The notes under the pieces: model-generated | Told to the model about the DNA's origin: nothing | What the model saw: the letters and a program-made list of their open reading frames with translations, nothing else | Database searches by the model: none | Made by a program: the position numbers and the translations under genes | Shown here: positions 47,501 through 61,778 of the stretch, in pieces | How positions within the stretch are numbered: the stretch's first letter is position 1 | How the letters are laid out: the number at the start of each line of letters is the position of its first letter | Origin: Balanoglossus misakiensis | Lineage: Eukaryota > Animalia > Hemichordata | Direction of reading: 5' to 3' | NCBI GenBank assembly: GCA_040954595.2 | Contig: CM082582.2 | Span: 12,086,415-12,150,414, forward strand | DNA: 64,000 bases

Positions 47501-50500
47501 TAGACACACATTTCTTTGTATTTTTTATTTTATCAAGTGTAGATAGTATTGTATTATATCATCACTATTTTTCTATTTAAGCTCTCCCAGAATGTATATT
47601 ATGTGTATATATCAAAGGAATGAAACATGTATCAAGGTTCATATATTTTGTAACTTTTGAAACTTAAATTTATATTTATTTGTCATTGATTTTTATGCTA
47701 TGATTCATGTATGCGAATTGTATATGACCATTATTTGGAAGAATTAAAACATGCTCCTAAAATGTTTTCTGTACAGTTTTGAGTACACCAAAAAGTTAAG
47801 AAATGAGTTAATTTGACAAATTACCTTGCAGAGCCTAAGGTATGACGGTCTGAAGTGATGTGACCACTCTGACACACAGTGGACTTCGTCAATACATGCA
47901 AATGCAATGGGTGGCAGCTGGGACATCGAAGGAAGACAGCCAGTTTTTCCCCAACCCCCTCCAACCAAGGCCTCTGGAGATACGAGTAACACTTGAATTT
48001 TGCCATTGCTTATTTCTTTGATGACCTTTTCGCGTTGGGTTTTTGTCATGTTGCTGTGCAGTCTTGCACCTTTCAGACAGCCGGGCAAACCAAGGACCTG
48101 GTTGAACAAGAAAATAGATTTTATGGAGCAGCTTGGCAACTTTCACAAGAGCTGTATTGATTTCATGAGATAAAAAATTGTGTGTTTCTGGTGAGTTGAA
48201 GAGTAACATACCCTAGTTCAAACCCCAACCCCAAACTTTTTTCTCCACATGTTTGTAAGAAAATCCTGTGAGATTAAGTGTGTGAAACTGCCACAGAAAA
48301 ACGTGTAATCCTATGTATACGCTGACCAACATGCATTTAATTGTACAGCGAACGTGACTGCATTTTATTCCAGAGTAGGTCTATTTCTGTAATTGCGCAG
48401 AAAATGACTACAAATAAGCTGAGAAGTTGCTTTTGTGTAAAGGCCACAGTCAGTTTTGAAATAACGAGCCCTGTAATTACCAGCACGTCCTTTTGTCAGT
48501 AATGGGTTAACTACATAAATGTGAATTTGTTACCTGATCTTCCATTAGTGACACCAGAGGAGAAATGACCAAAGTAATGGCATTGGATCGTTGTGAATAC
48601 ATGTACGCTGGGAGTTGATAACACAGAGATTTTCCTGCACCAGTGGACAACACAACTAATGTGGACAGACCTATTGATATTGAGGAAGAATCAACAGTAA
48701 AATTAGCTTCTGTTTACAAGCAGTAGGTCAAATATCATCTCAGTAATAATCATGACCTCATCAAAATAAATCAAGTATCACATGCTAATTTGCAGTGAAC
48801 AATAAGCTGATAAGTGTCATGTGGAGTGAACATATCAACATTTCAAAAAAAGAAACAATACTGAATCAGTCTGATTGTCAGTCACGTTTTCCACCAAGAC
48901 ATGTTTCCTATAATTAGTTTTTGTGATATATAAAAAATTGTTTTAGCAGAAAAGTTTTCTAGTACTGCTAAAACTGAGTAGTTCATGCTTCCAAAGCAAC
49001 AACATAATGAGATAAAAGGTGTGAACTTTTGGGATGTTTTAATTTTAGCAACGACATGTTCCTTGTTCATTCTGGTTAATGAGACCTAAGGGAGAATCAA
49101 CAGGATGAACCACTGTGTTGTGATGCTCAAAAACAGAGCAACATTATGTCTCAGATGAAATGATATTATCAGAATAACATCAATCGAAGGTGGAAACCGT
49201 TCCTTCAAGACGACAGAAAAGATAGTGTGTTTATACAACAATAAACTTGACATACCACTCAGTATTCTCATGATGGCATTTTCCTGACCAGGTCTGAAGG
49301 ACGAATAACCCATCTTATGCAAAGCATCATGGACATCAGATGGCGTGGCTGCAAGAAACATTTGAAAAAAAATGTCATGGAAGTGCTGTGTGTATTTCAA
49401 TTTTGCATTCTAATAAGAATCATCTCATGAGGCAGAGCGCTTTCAGTTTTAATTACCGTAAAAACACAAACAGAAATGTTTCAATAATCCCTGTGTGAAC
49501 GTCATATACGTCATTCAGATTTAAAATAATACCAAAAAGTGAAACAGACTCTGACCTATAGGTTGCCCATCCTTTCCAGGCTCAAAGAGAGGTTCCATGG
49601 GTGATGGGGGTTCTGGAGGGATATACATTGGTGGTATGAAAGCCATATTCATTTCAGCATCCATGCCATCTTTCTTCGTGTTGCTGCTTCCTGTTTCTGT
49701 GTTCTCATGGGTGTTTTCATTCCTGGTGCCTTGAGACTCGCAATTGCTTCCTTTGTCTCCGCCCCACGGACGTCTCACACCGGACGCCATCATGGCAGCC
49801 TCCGCCAAGGTTGGGAATGGACAAACATCTTGTGGTTCATTGTCATCACCTTCCTCCTCATCCTTTGATTTTTTGACATCACCACCACCCCAGTCTATGT
49901 TCCTTCCTATGAAGATACGGGGTGACATTAAATGTCATATATTATACATATGTAGACATCAGACATAAAATAGAAAGCAAAGACCTTCAGATCAACATTT
50001 TCATATAGTTTTCTTGGTTTGGCGTGTTTTACTGTTCCTAAAAATTCATGAAAAACTGCCTCTATTGCATTACTATCACACTCACGTTTTGATGAGTGGC
50101 AGTTCTTGGCCCAGTGACCAATCTCCCCACACTTAAAACAGCCACCCTGATCTCCATTTGCCATTTTCTGCTTCCATTGCATCCGTTTGTACTTGCCACC
50201 AGTCATCACAGCACCTTTGCGTTGGTACCTTTTTCTCTTCATGTTCAATCGGACAAAATTCTCATCCAGACTTTTGCTGGTGGTGGTTGATTTCTTTGTT
50301 GATGCAGCTGCCTTTAATCTAAAATGTAAAAGGTGTACAGAGAAATAAAACACAGAAATACATCAACTGAACTCCACATAAACTTGTTATCAATATTATT
50401 GCATGGGATTCCATCATAACTATTCTTTCATACCTGGCACCATATGCTGATTTCTTCCGTCGCTGAATCGCATCAAAGTCATCCTCATCGTCGCAGAGAT

Positions 50501-52599
50501 TCCTTGGAGTATTTGCCTCCTTGTCATCTTCCTTATTAACCTGGTCTCCAGTTTCAGCATCGCCCTCTGGGTTTTCCTGCTTTTTCTTCCGACTCCTTGC
50601 GTGCGTCTTCTTCCTCTTTTTACCTGCAGCGCTCTCATCCTGAACACACTCTTCACCGCTTTCTCTTTCAGCATTGCCACCTGCTTCAGGAAATGTGTAC
50701 TCATCTGGGGTGTTGTCGCCTGTTGTTTCAATCTCGGTGCTGTCCACACGCCTTTTCTTGGACCCTTTCTGCTTGGATGCTGTCTCAACGCTATCAACCC
50801 CGGAGTCTATTTTTCTCTTCTTTCCTTTAGATTTGCTCACTTTCTGTATGTCAGAGCAAGCACCAGTGTTCATGTCACCGCAACCCTTCACGAATGACTT
50901 GTCAGTGTCATCGTTCTTGGAATTCCGCTTGTCATCAATCTTGATTTTGTTCTTACCATGTGACACTACATCACTTCTTTGTTCTTTTGACAGCTCGTCA
51001 TAACTTTCGTGACTACCCATCAATTTTGATCCTGATTCAGATTTCCATGTCTCTGTTTCAGGGGAAGTTTCCAACTTACTGTCCTTCACAGCAAACTGCA
51101 TGTTCTCTTGATGCAACACAGCATTTTTTGGCTGGTATTTAGTGGGCATCTCATCACCAGGGTCAGAGTCAAAGGGTTCTAGTTCAGGTTCAACTGCGCT
51201 CTTACCAAGTTTACCCACATTCCTGTGTACATCTGGCTGGCATCTTTCAAGCCAATCTGTCGAAACAGATGACTTTCTGTACTGGCTTCTCTGAGCAATA
51301 CCGCACAAAGGCCTGTTTGCGTGTTTGGTTTTTGGTGTCTGTTGTATGCTGCTTGAAATTTTAAACTTTGGAGTTTGAGATTTCTGGCCGAAGAATGCTG
51401 GTGAACCAAAGTGATTCAAGTCTGTCAGCTCTTCATCCTCAGGGCTTGGGGGAATTTTGCCTGAATTAGTTGAGGCATTTTCGTTCCCTTTGACTTGGGC
51501 AATCTCCTGTTTTGATCTGCTCTTCAATGACATTGGTAGTTTCTATAAAAAGAGACAAAATAAAACAATCTTGCTGTAAGCACTCAGGGTCTTATAACTA
51601 AATGTCACAGTATCAATAATAGTTATTCTCAGGTCTCGTAATCAAGCAGAGTCTGAGTTTAATACTGGAATATATATGGTATATATGGTGCCTGTTTTGT
51701 GATCCTAGGATGGAGGCAAAGCCCTTTTCCACCATGGGAAATAACACAAGTAGTATTTATAACTGTTTTCTGGCTAAGTCAAAACAAAAGGGACATATTT
51801 CAACAGTTCTAATGATACATTTATCTTTGCAATTCCCAGTCTGCCCCCTGGAACGTAAAGTATGCCTCCTACAGCGAAAGTAAGAATTAATTGCTAGAAT
51901 TGGCTCTTCCTGTTCATACATTGGTTCTCAAGGGTCTATGATTCAAGATATTGAAGTAAACAACATACAGGAAATGAGATTATCAATACCTTGGAGTATT
52001 TTGATGAATTCAATTTTAGTTTTTCGGAGAAGTGAGTGATTGAGTATCCATCATCAGCTTTGCCATCAGGACTGTTCGATTCACGGTTGTGTTTAGTGGA
52101 AGCTGTTCTGTTTAGGTGTTTTCCCCACACATCATTTTCTGCAGATTTCTCCTGGTCAGGCTTTACTTTCTTTAGCCTGGTGTAGTCTGCATAGGCATCT
52201 GTAAAGGTGTAAATCATTATGAAAAGTTTTATACAAGAATCATGATTTCATGGTCCAAACTAAAAAAACACATAGCTGGCAGGCTGCTGTTACTAAATAA
52301 ATAAAATTACAACCAGCGAAAAGCACATTTCGCCGTCAAAAGGTTCAGAAGAAGCAAAATACTACGGAGGGGGCGTGGTCCCTGAAGAAGGGGGCGTGGC
52401 CGGAACGAGATGATAGACAGACGTTATCCTTGAAATTGTACATTGTACTGTAGAAATTACCTTTGATCACTTGGGATGCCTGCTGTATGTCTTCTTTGGA
52501 AGGCTTTCGATTATGTTCTACCTGAAACCCAGCTTCCCATGTTTTCAGTTGTTTCTTCAGCTCAAGAAGACGAGAAGTGTTGTCGGCAGCGGACGACAT
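41520..52599 (-). CDS. RECQL4: ATP-dependent DNA helicase RecQ4, about 17 exons
   Basis: Sld2-like N-terminus ([25 protein letters not shown]), ENFVRLNMK, zinc knuckle [74 protein letters not shown], and C-terminal [19 protein letters not shown]. Stop at 41520-41522. Confidence 0.96.
41828..41912. mobile_element. piggyBac-like MITE (85 bp) with TTAA target-site duplication in the last RECQL4 intron
   Basis: TTAA|CCCTTTCACC ... GGTGAAAGGG|TTAA: 10-bp perfect TIRs beginning CCC and flanked by TTAA at 41824-41827 and 41913-41916. Confidence 0.8.
43231..43290. repeat. (AATG)15 microsatellite in a RECQL4 intron
   Basis: Perfect 60-bp tetranucleotide array next to the 3' splice site at about 43216. 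Confidence 0.97.
46413..47471 (+). CDS. Intronless rhodopsin-class orphan GPCR (GPR21/GPR52-like), nested antisense in RECQL4 intron 45343-47824
   Basis: Seven hydrophobic segments: ILGN (TM1), VLADF (TM2), [13 protein letters not shown] (TM3), AW (TM4), LP (TM5), NSLWNVLIY (TM7). N-terminal N-glycosylation sequons. Confidence 0.85.
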   Translation: MCNNSSNSLPGAGCTGRSEEQASFPNVISVKALIVFTVTILMILGNLFCVVVIPRLRQLPTYSKHFRFSVVLADFAVGVTVFSLGIVPSFTGSWAYGHGVCELQVALTIVFTVASMYSILMLHIEHYIAISRPLHYNRILTTKRCCLALASAWLLSIFFAVLVVIFGRDQIQYDPSIFLCNAFSVYTTPSMQPLLFVFICTTVLPISLVVAVINAKICRIVKRHKTAVHQQPTYTDVDFAVNLQNEGQNFQNNANDMCSARLPLTTITFWISMYPLPVSMIYSTAYGGPITCNISFACCWLYLSNSLWNVLIYSATSSQFWSTSRELIICFAKTCSRHNSTVPMTVNVATVS

Positions 52600-55958
<3,359 letters not shown>

Positions 55959-56352
55959 GAATCTTGTGACAATTATTTTTATAAAATGAATTGAAAATTT
56001 CTGTCAAATGAGTGATATCTACATGACGTCATTTTTTAATGGTTTATTTTGGTTTTTCTTTTCTGTCTTTTTATGTTGATATGTACAACAGTGGCCAGCT
56101 GTTGATGTTTTTATCTATTTAAATAAACACCAGGAAAAATGTAAATACAAATATGGAATTGTGTTGTTTTTTCACTGATTGATCAGGATTGCTTTGTGCG
56201 TTCCGCAGGTGGTCAGTCTTCCAGTCAACGTTGAGGGCGCTGTACTAGAGAGACTGCTGGTATATTTCCCTGGGTTGCATCAGTTGAATTTGGTTTTAAT
56301 AATTCTTGACGAGAATTTACCCTTTGAATAGTATTTTTTCAAAGTAGGCGAA

Positions 56353-56425
56353 GGCTCGTTGGTGTAGTTGGTATGATACCTGCTTCGGGAGTAGGTGATC
56401 CCGGGTTCAATCCCCGGACGGGCCC
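56353..56425 (+). tRNA. tRNA-Pro (anticodon CGG)
   Basis: Acceptor stem GGCTCGT/ACGGGCC with discriminator C; anticodon stem CCTGC/GTAGG around loop TTCGGGA; T arm CCGGG-TTCAATC-CCCGG. A and B boxes are intact, and a TTTT Pol III terminator follows a few bases downstream. Confidence 0.92.
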
Positions 56426-57055
56426 TTAACCTTTTGTGTTATGCCTGTGAAAGTGATACTAGCAGTCTATCAGTATTCCCTTAAATGTGAATGTAATTAC
56501 TGCCGAAGTTTAAAGTTTAATTTTTTATTTCCGACAAAAAGTGATTAATAACACTTAAATGTAATAAAAGTCGGTGTGATTATATTGTGATTATTCGTAA
56601 TAGGCCTATTGCAACAGTAAGTTTTGCTCTAATTTTTTACCATTTGTCCTAATTTCAGCGAATAACCGAATGAGTAGGAAAAGGGGGAAAGCCAATGAAA
56701 ATCAACTGCTGCAGATGTAACGAGGCCAATTTGAATAAATGTCCTGCTTTTCGTCCCCGCGTGGGTAGGTTTGCAGCCAATGTAGAAGAAAAAACTCACA
56801 CTTTCCTGTCCGAAGCTATTCACATTGCGATATTTCCAATACTCTAGTCGGCTGTACCTGTATTGTATCTACAGATTAGGTCAGGAAAAGTCTTCTATGA
56901 AGAATCCTTCTCTACAGTCTCTAAAGGATCGAATTAATCATCTAATTAAATCTTAGACAACTACCCGAAATATGGGAGCTTGGCACCCCCGGTTTCCTCG
57001 TAGCATACAAATACCAAGCGGCTGTCGTAGTTGTGTACCAGTGTGGTTCGTCACC

Positions 57056-60000
57056 ATGAAGTTAGCGTGGGGCGTTTGTCTTTTGGTTATCATCATTTTC
57101 GTCCTAAACGGACAGGCAGTGAGTGATACTTCTTTATATGTCGCCAGTTGAGTTTTCTGCAGGCATAATTATGATACTAGCATATGCCCCTTTGTCCGGT
57201 TGTTGTCGTTGTTGTTGTTGTTGTTGTTGTTGACTTCATGTCCATTTTGTTTCAAATCTTTCACTCGACAGGCACACGTGAATGTTGCTCGAGAGATCGG
57301 TTCCTGGGATACTTTACCAGATGTCTTGGTAAGAATTCTTTCCACGAATTCGCGCACTGAATTGGCGTCAACGTGTAGTGCACAGATAAGGAACTAGAAC
57401 ACTTTCTCGATGATTTTTTTAAATGAGCACATCTGACTTGAAATAACCAATTAAAGAGAGTCTGCTATTGTTTCAATTCCAGAAAGTAAAACATCCACCT
57501 GGCCGTCGGCAGTTTGGTAAGTAAACCATCAGGCAAAGTACAACTTATGAATCATAAAAAAACGGTGAAATTTCCATAGTATTTTTCTATCAAACTTAAG
57601 GAATTATTTCGTGTTCCTGTCAAGACTTCATTGGTTTTTTTTCTATTATTTAGATGCGAATTCATTTGTCAGTAAAATCCCTGCCATGAAACATATTGGA
57701 AGCGAAAACCGAGTATTGAAAGGTAAGATTTCAAAGACTTCTTTGACGGATGATACTACATTGAATCAACCGATCCCATTTGCATCTCAAAGTTGAAATT
57801 GAATTATTTTATGTATATTTTGATCTATTAACTCGCTCATCGATTCACTGTCTTCCTGTTGACAGAATTAAACGTTGATGACATGTTTGTTGATAGCGAT
57901 ATCTACCTTGGACCTAATGTGAGTAATTCTTCCATTTGCATAAAAAAAATATTCTTGCCAGGCCAGCATCTAGTTGAGTTGGTCCTGTGCATGTAGAACC
58001 CACATGAGTATTGAAATTCAAATCTCAGCTCGAACTGTCAAATTTGGAACATTCTCGGTGCGTTGTGACCAATGGGTTATGTTTCACAGGTGCAGAGAAG
58101 TGCCCTCATACGAAAGTCAGCATTGTGGCCGGATGGCATCGTTCCCTACGAAATCGACCCAGCATTTGGTAATGAGAGTCGTCATATCACTTATTTTTTT
58201 CATTTCCTTCTAACTACACAGCAGGAAATTTGGCTGGAAATGAGCGATTAATTTTGCCATTATGTCAAAACACTCAGCTCTTGTCCACAATGAACTTTAC
58301 TCATTATGATAGAAATTAAATGTTATGATTAAACACTTTGATCATTATCCGTATAATTATATAGAATTTTCTGTAACTCTTGTCAAAGCATTGGGAAAGT
58401 TTGACACAGGTTGAAGTGTTTCCTGACTTCAACATTGGAATTTTTCTAAATCATAGCTATCTGAGAAATGTCCAAATGTGCTCTTTTCAGATTCTGATTC
58501 AGTCTTACGGATTCAAGAAGCCATCAATCAGTACCACAAGCACACATGCATACGATTTGTACGCCGAACAACGCACACGGACTATTTGTACATCTACCCA
58601 GGAAGCGGGTATGTATGTCAGATCATTTGTTGTCAAAGTGACGCTTCCATACAAGGAGGTGGTGGAGATGCTGAGGATAAGGGTGGTCTGCTCACTAATA
58701 ATTGGGTTTGGACCAGGGTAGTTGTCACACTATACCAGACAAGCGGTCGTCACATAGAGATAATTTTTTTAGTTCAACCCTGATTGGTAAAGATGATACA
58801 TGTTGGCATAGTTCAACGCAAACTTTCACAACAAAGAAAATAAAAATTTACTGCGTCTTTGTCCTTCCAGATGTTGGTCTGGTGTAGGAAGAGGGGGTGG
58901 CAGGCAAGCCCTGTCTCTTGGTTACGGATGTACCTTTCATCGCGTCACTCCAATGCACGAGTTCATGCATGCCCTCGGCTTCTTCCACGAACAAGGTCGA
59001 ACGGATAGGGACAGCTATGTGACAATTTATTGGCAAAACATACAGTCAGGTGAATAATTCTGTTAAAAAATGGTAAGATAGTTTCGAGGCTCTGGTATGA
59101 AGGCAAGCATTACGTCAAGGGCGTTCAGCCTCCTAGATTACATTATATAGTTGTGATACTCGTATTTGACCTATGGCTATGATCGCATTTATTTTACTGA
59201 CGAATACTGTAATTTGTATTGGCATCGACAGGCTTGGAGAATAACTTTGAGAAGCACAGCAGCGATTATGTACAGGACCTTGGAGCTAACTACGATTACT
59301 ATTCAATCATGCATTATCATCACACTGCTTTTACAACGAACGGCCAGTCCACCATCTTACCGACCCGTAGCGGAGTAGCGCCGGAAGACCTAGGATCCAG
59401 CCAAGACTTCACCCAAACAGATATATATAAACTGAACGCACTATATAACTGTGGTGGGTATAATATAAGCGTTGCATTTGGACAATACACCACAGTGCTG
59501 TTAAATTCCGGCCATTTTTATGATTTTCGAAAACCACTATTATGTTCCAAAAACTATAGAGTACAGAAATAAACGATTACACAATACTGTTTTAATAAAT
59601 GTACCGGTTGTAAATCTCTCCATGTAGAGGATGGTGGTGGAGGGGGAGATGGCGGTGAAGAAAACGGTAATCGATGGCGAGATGATTACCGATGTGGACC
59701 AAACTACCCCCTGTCCGATGGCAGTCCATCAGAGTGTGACCCAGATGGTATATATCCATGCTGTTCACCCTATGACTGGTGTGGCAATACTGCAGATCAT
59801 TGTGACTGCCCCGACTGCATTGACTACAGCGGTAAGTTCTAATCAATCAATGGATTGATCGATATTTAATATCACTTTTACCTATGACCGATAGCAACCA
59901 CAGGTATAAGCGCACACACATGCACTATGCACAAATCTGAGTATTTGACCACAAGTATCCATGAATAACAGATACACGTCCAAGCCTTGCTATTGATTCT

Positions 60001-60857
60001 ATTATTAACAATGTGTCTTAATACAGGTGGTGGCGGTGGTGGTGGAGGTGGTGGTGGTGGTGACGGGAAAACATGGCGAGATGATTATCAATGTGGACCA
60101 AACTATCCCTTATCCGACGGAAGCCCATCAGAATGTGACCCAGATGGTATATATCCATGCTGTTCACCCTATGATTGGTGTGGTATCACTCCAGCTCATT
60201 GCGACTGTCCCGATTGCATTGATTATCGTGGTGAGTACCCGTGCACGCGTTTGCATAAACAGGCGACTGTATTAAAGGGGAGGTTACTTTGAAGAGCCTA
60301 TATCAGCCTAGAGCCGCATTTCGGATTCCAAAATTGGTGCCTATTGCTGTATTTTAGGAAATAACAAGCAATTTCTTTCATACTCAGGTCGTGGGGGCAA
60401 TTATAAGAAAACATGGCGAGATGATTATCAATGTGGACCAAACTATCCCTTATCCGATGGAAGTCCATCAGAGTGTGACCCAGATGGTATATATCCATGC
60501 TGTTCACCCTATGATTGGTGTGGTATCACTCCAGCTCATTGCGAATGTCCAGGGTGCATTGATTACCGGGGTAGGTAAATCATACACCTGCAACGCTTTG
60601 TGGCCAATCGAGGCTTAAATGACACTTTCATCAACCATCAGTGAATAAGTTCAGTGATCGCTCTCTCGTACACGTTAGAGAGAGACACTCACACATTCAA
60701 TTTATTTCTGATTCTATTACTCAGGTTATTAAGGGGAAATGACCCGTCTCGAAGGACGCAAGACATTGAAGAAATGCGATCAACTCTCAGTTCACAAGAT
60801 ATCATTTCCTCGCCTCAAAGTCATTCCAAATCGTGGGTTTATGATGGAACCTACTAA
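57056..60857 (+). CDS. Secreted astacin (M12A) zinc metalloprotease 1 with three C-terminal hevein-like Cys modules
   Basis: Signal exon 57056-57118 (MKLAWGVCLLVIIIFVLNGQA), short pro-region exons including FVDSDI, then WPDGIVPYEID, HEFMHALGFFHEQGRTDRD and Met-turn SIMHY. Three module exons near 59629-59832, 60027-60230 and 60388-60570. The stop is at 60730-60732 or 60855-60857 depending on the donor used. Confidence 0.92.
57199..57232. repeat. (GTT)n microsatellite in astacin-1 intron 1
   Basis: ttgttgtcgttgttgttgttgttgttgttgttg read directly. Confidence 0.9.
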
Positions 60858-61778
60858 AGACGTTTCGCGTTTTTTCGAATTCTGTACAAACTTCATAAGT
60901 TATGTCTCAAGGAATAGTAGGGTTTTGTCTCACTTTCTTGTCTATTTCTTTTACGAAATAAACTTTTCAAAAAGCTTGGAGTCGGAATTGGTGTTTATTA
61001 TTCTTGGACATTACATAAGTATACACCGAAATTTTCTGATGCCTTGTCAATCATCATGTTCAAACATTATTCCTAATCGTAAATCTTCCTTGATTAATCC
61101 TACAAGCAATCGGATTTATTCAATGGAAAACAATTTAATAACTAAAGCTGTTTAAATAATTTAGTCAACAAACTTAATCGAGAACTGCTCTGACCAAGAT
61201 TGATCATATCTAACTTAAAGAAGAACGATGTGCGACGTCATAGATGTCGCTGATGTTGTTTACTTTTTATGGGTTGACACCAGAGCCGTCTGGCTAAGCC
61301 TATTATAGACCAATACATGTCATTGACCGTATGGAAAACTCCGAAAGGTCATCCAGGCATAAGGGAACAGTGGTGGTGCATAACATGTGATTATATTTTC
61401 AGATTTAAATTGACGTCACAAGCGACCAATGCCTGATGTTAATCAAGTGATGTTTTCATGTCAATTCTCAGAAACCATCAAGCAATATCTTATCCCGTAA
61501 ACAACCAAAAGCCAAATCTATGACGCCACTCTAGATTTTCCAAAGCGCAAAAGGGGTGCCACTACTAACCTTTTGATATAAAACGTAACACCAATGGTAC
61601 TCTTAATTTGTTGACATTTGAACCTTTCTCTTTCATGACGTGAATCAGATTGAATCCAAGTTTAGGCGCCCCCGTGTTCTTATCGCTATCTTTACCTGGC
61701 ACTTTAACCCCAGCGATTTATAAGAGTGGATGGTCCCTGCCTCAACAGTAAAACAAAAAGACCCACTTCGTTGGCAAA

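Noticed and set aside
48480-48510. piggyBac-like right end (GGGTTAA) in a RECQL4 intron
   Set aside because: No matching left TIR identified.
59640-60570. Regularly repeated units resembling a CRISPR-like array
   Set aside because: The repeats are spliced coding exons of a eukaryotic astacin gene, and there are no cas genes.
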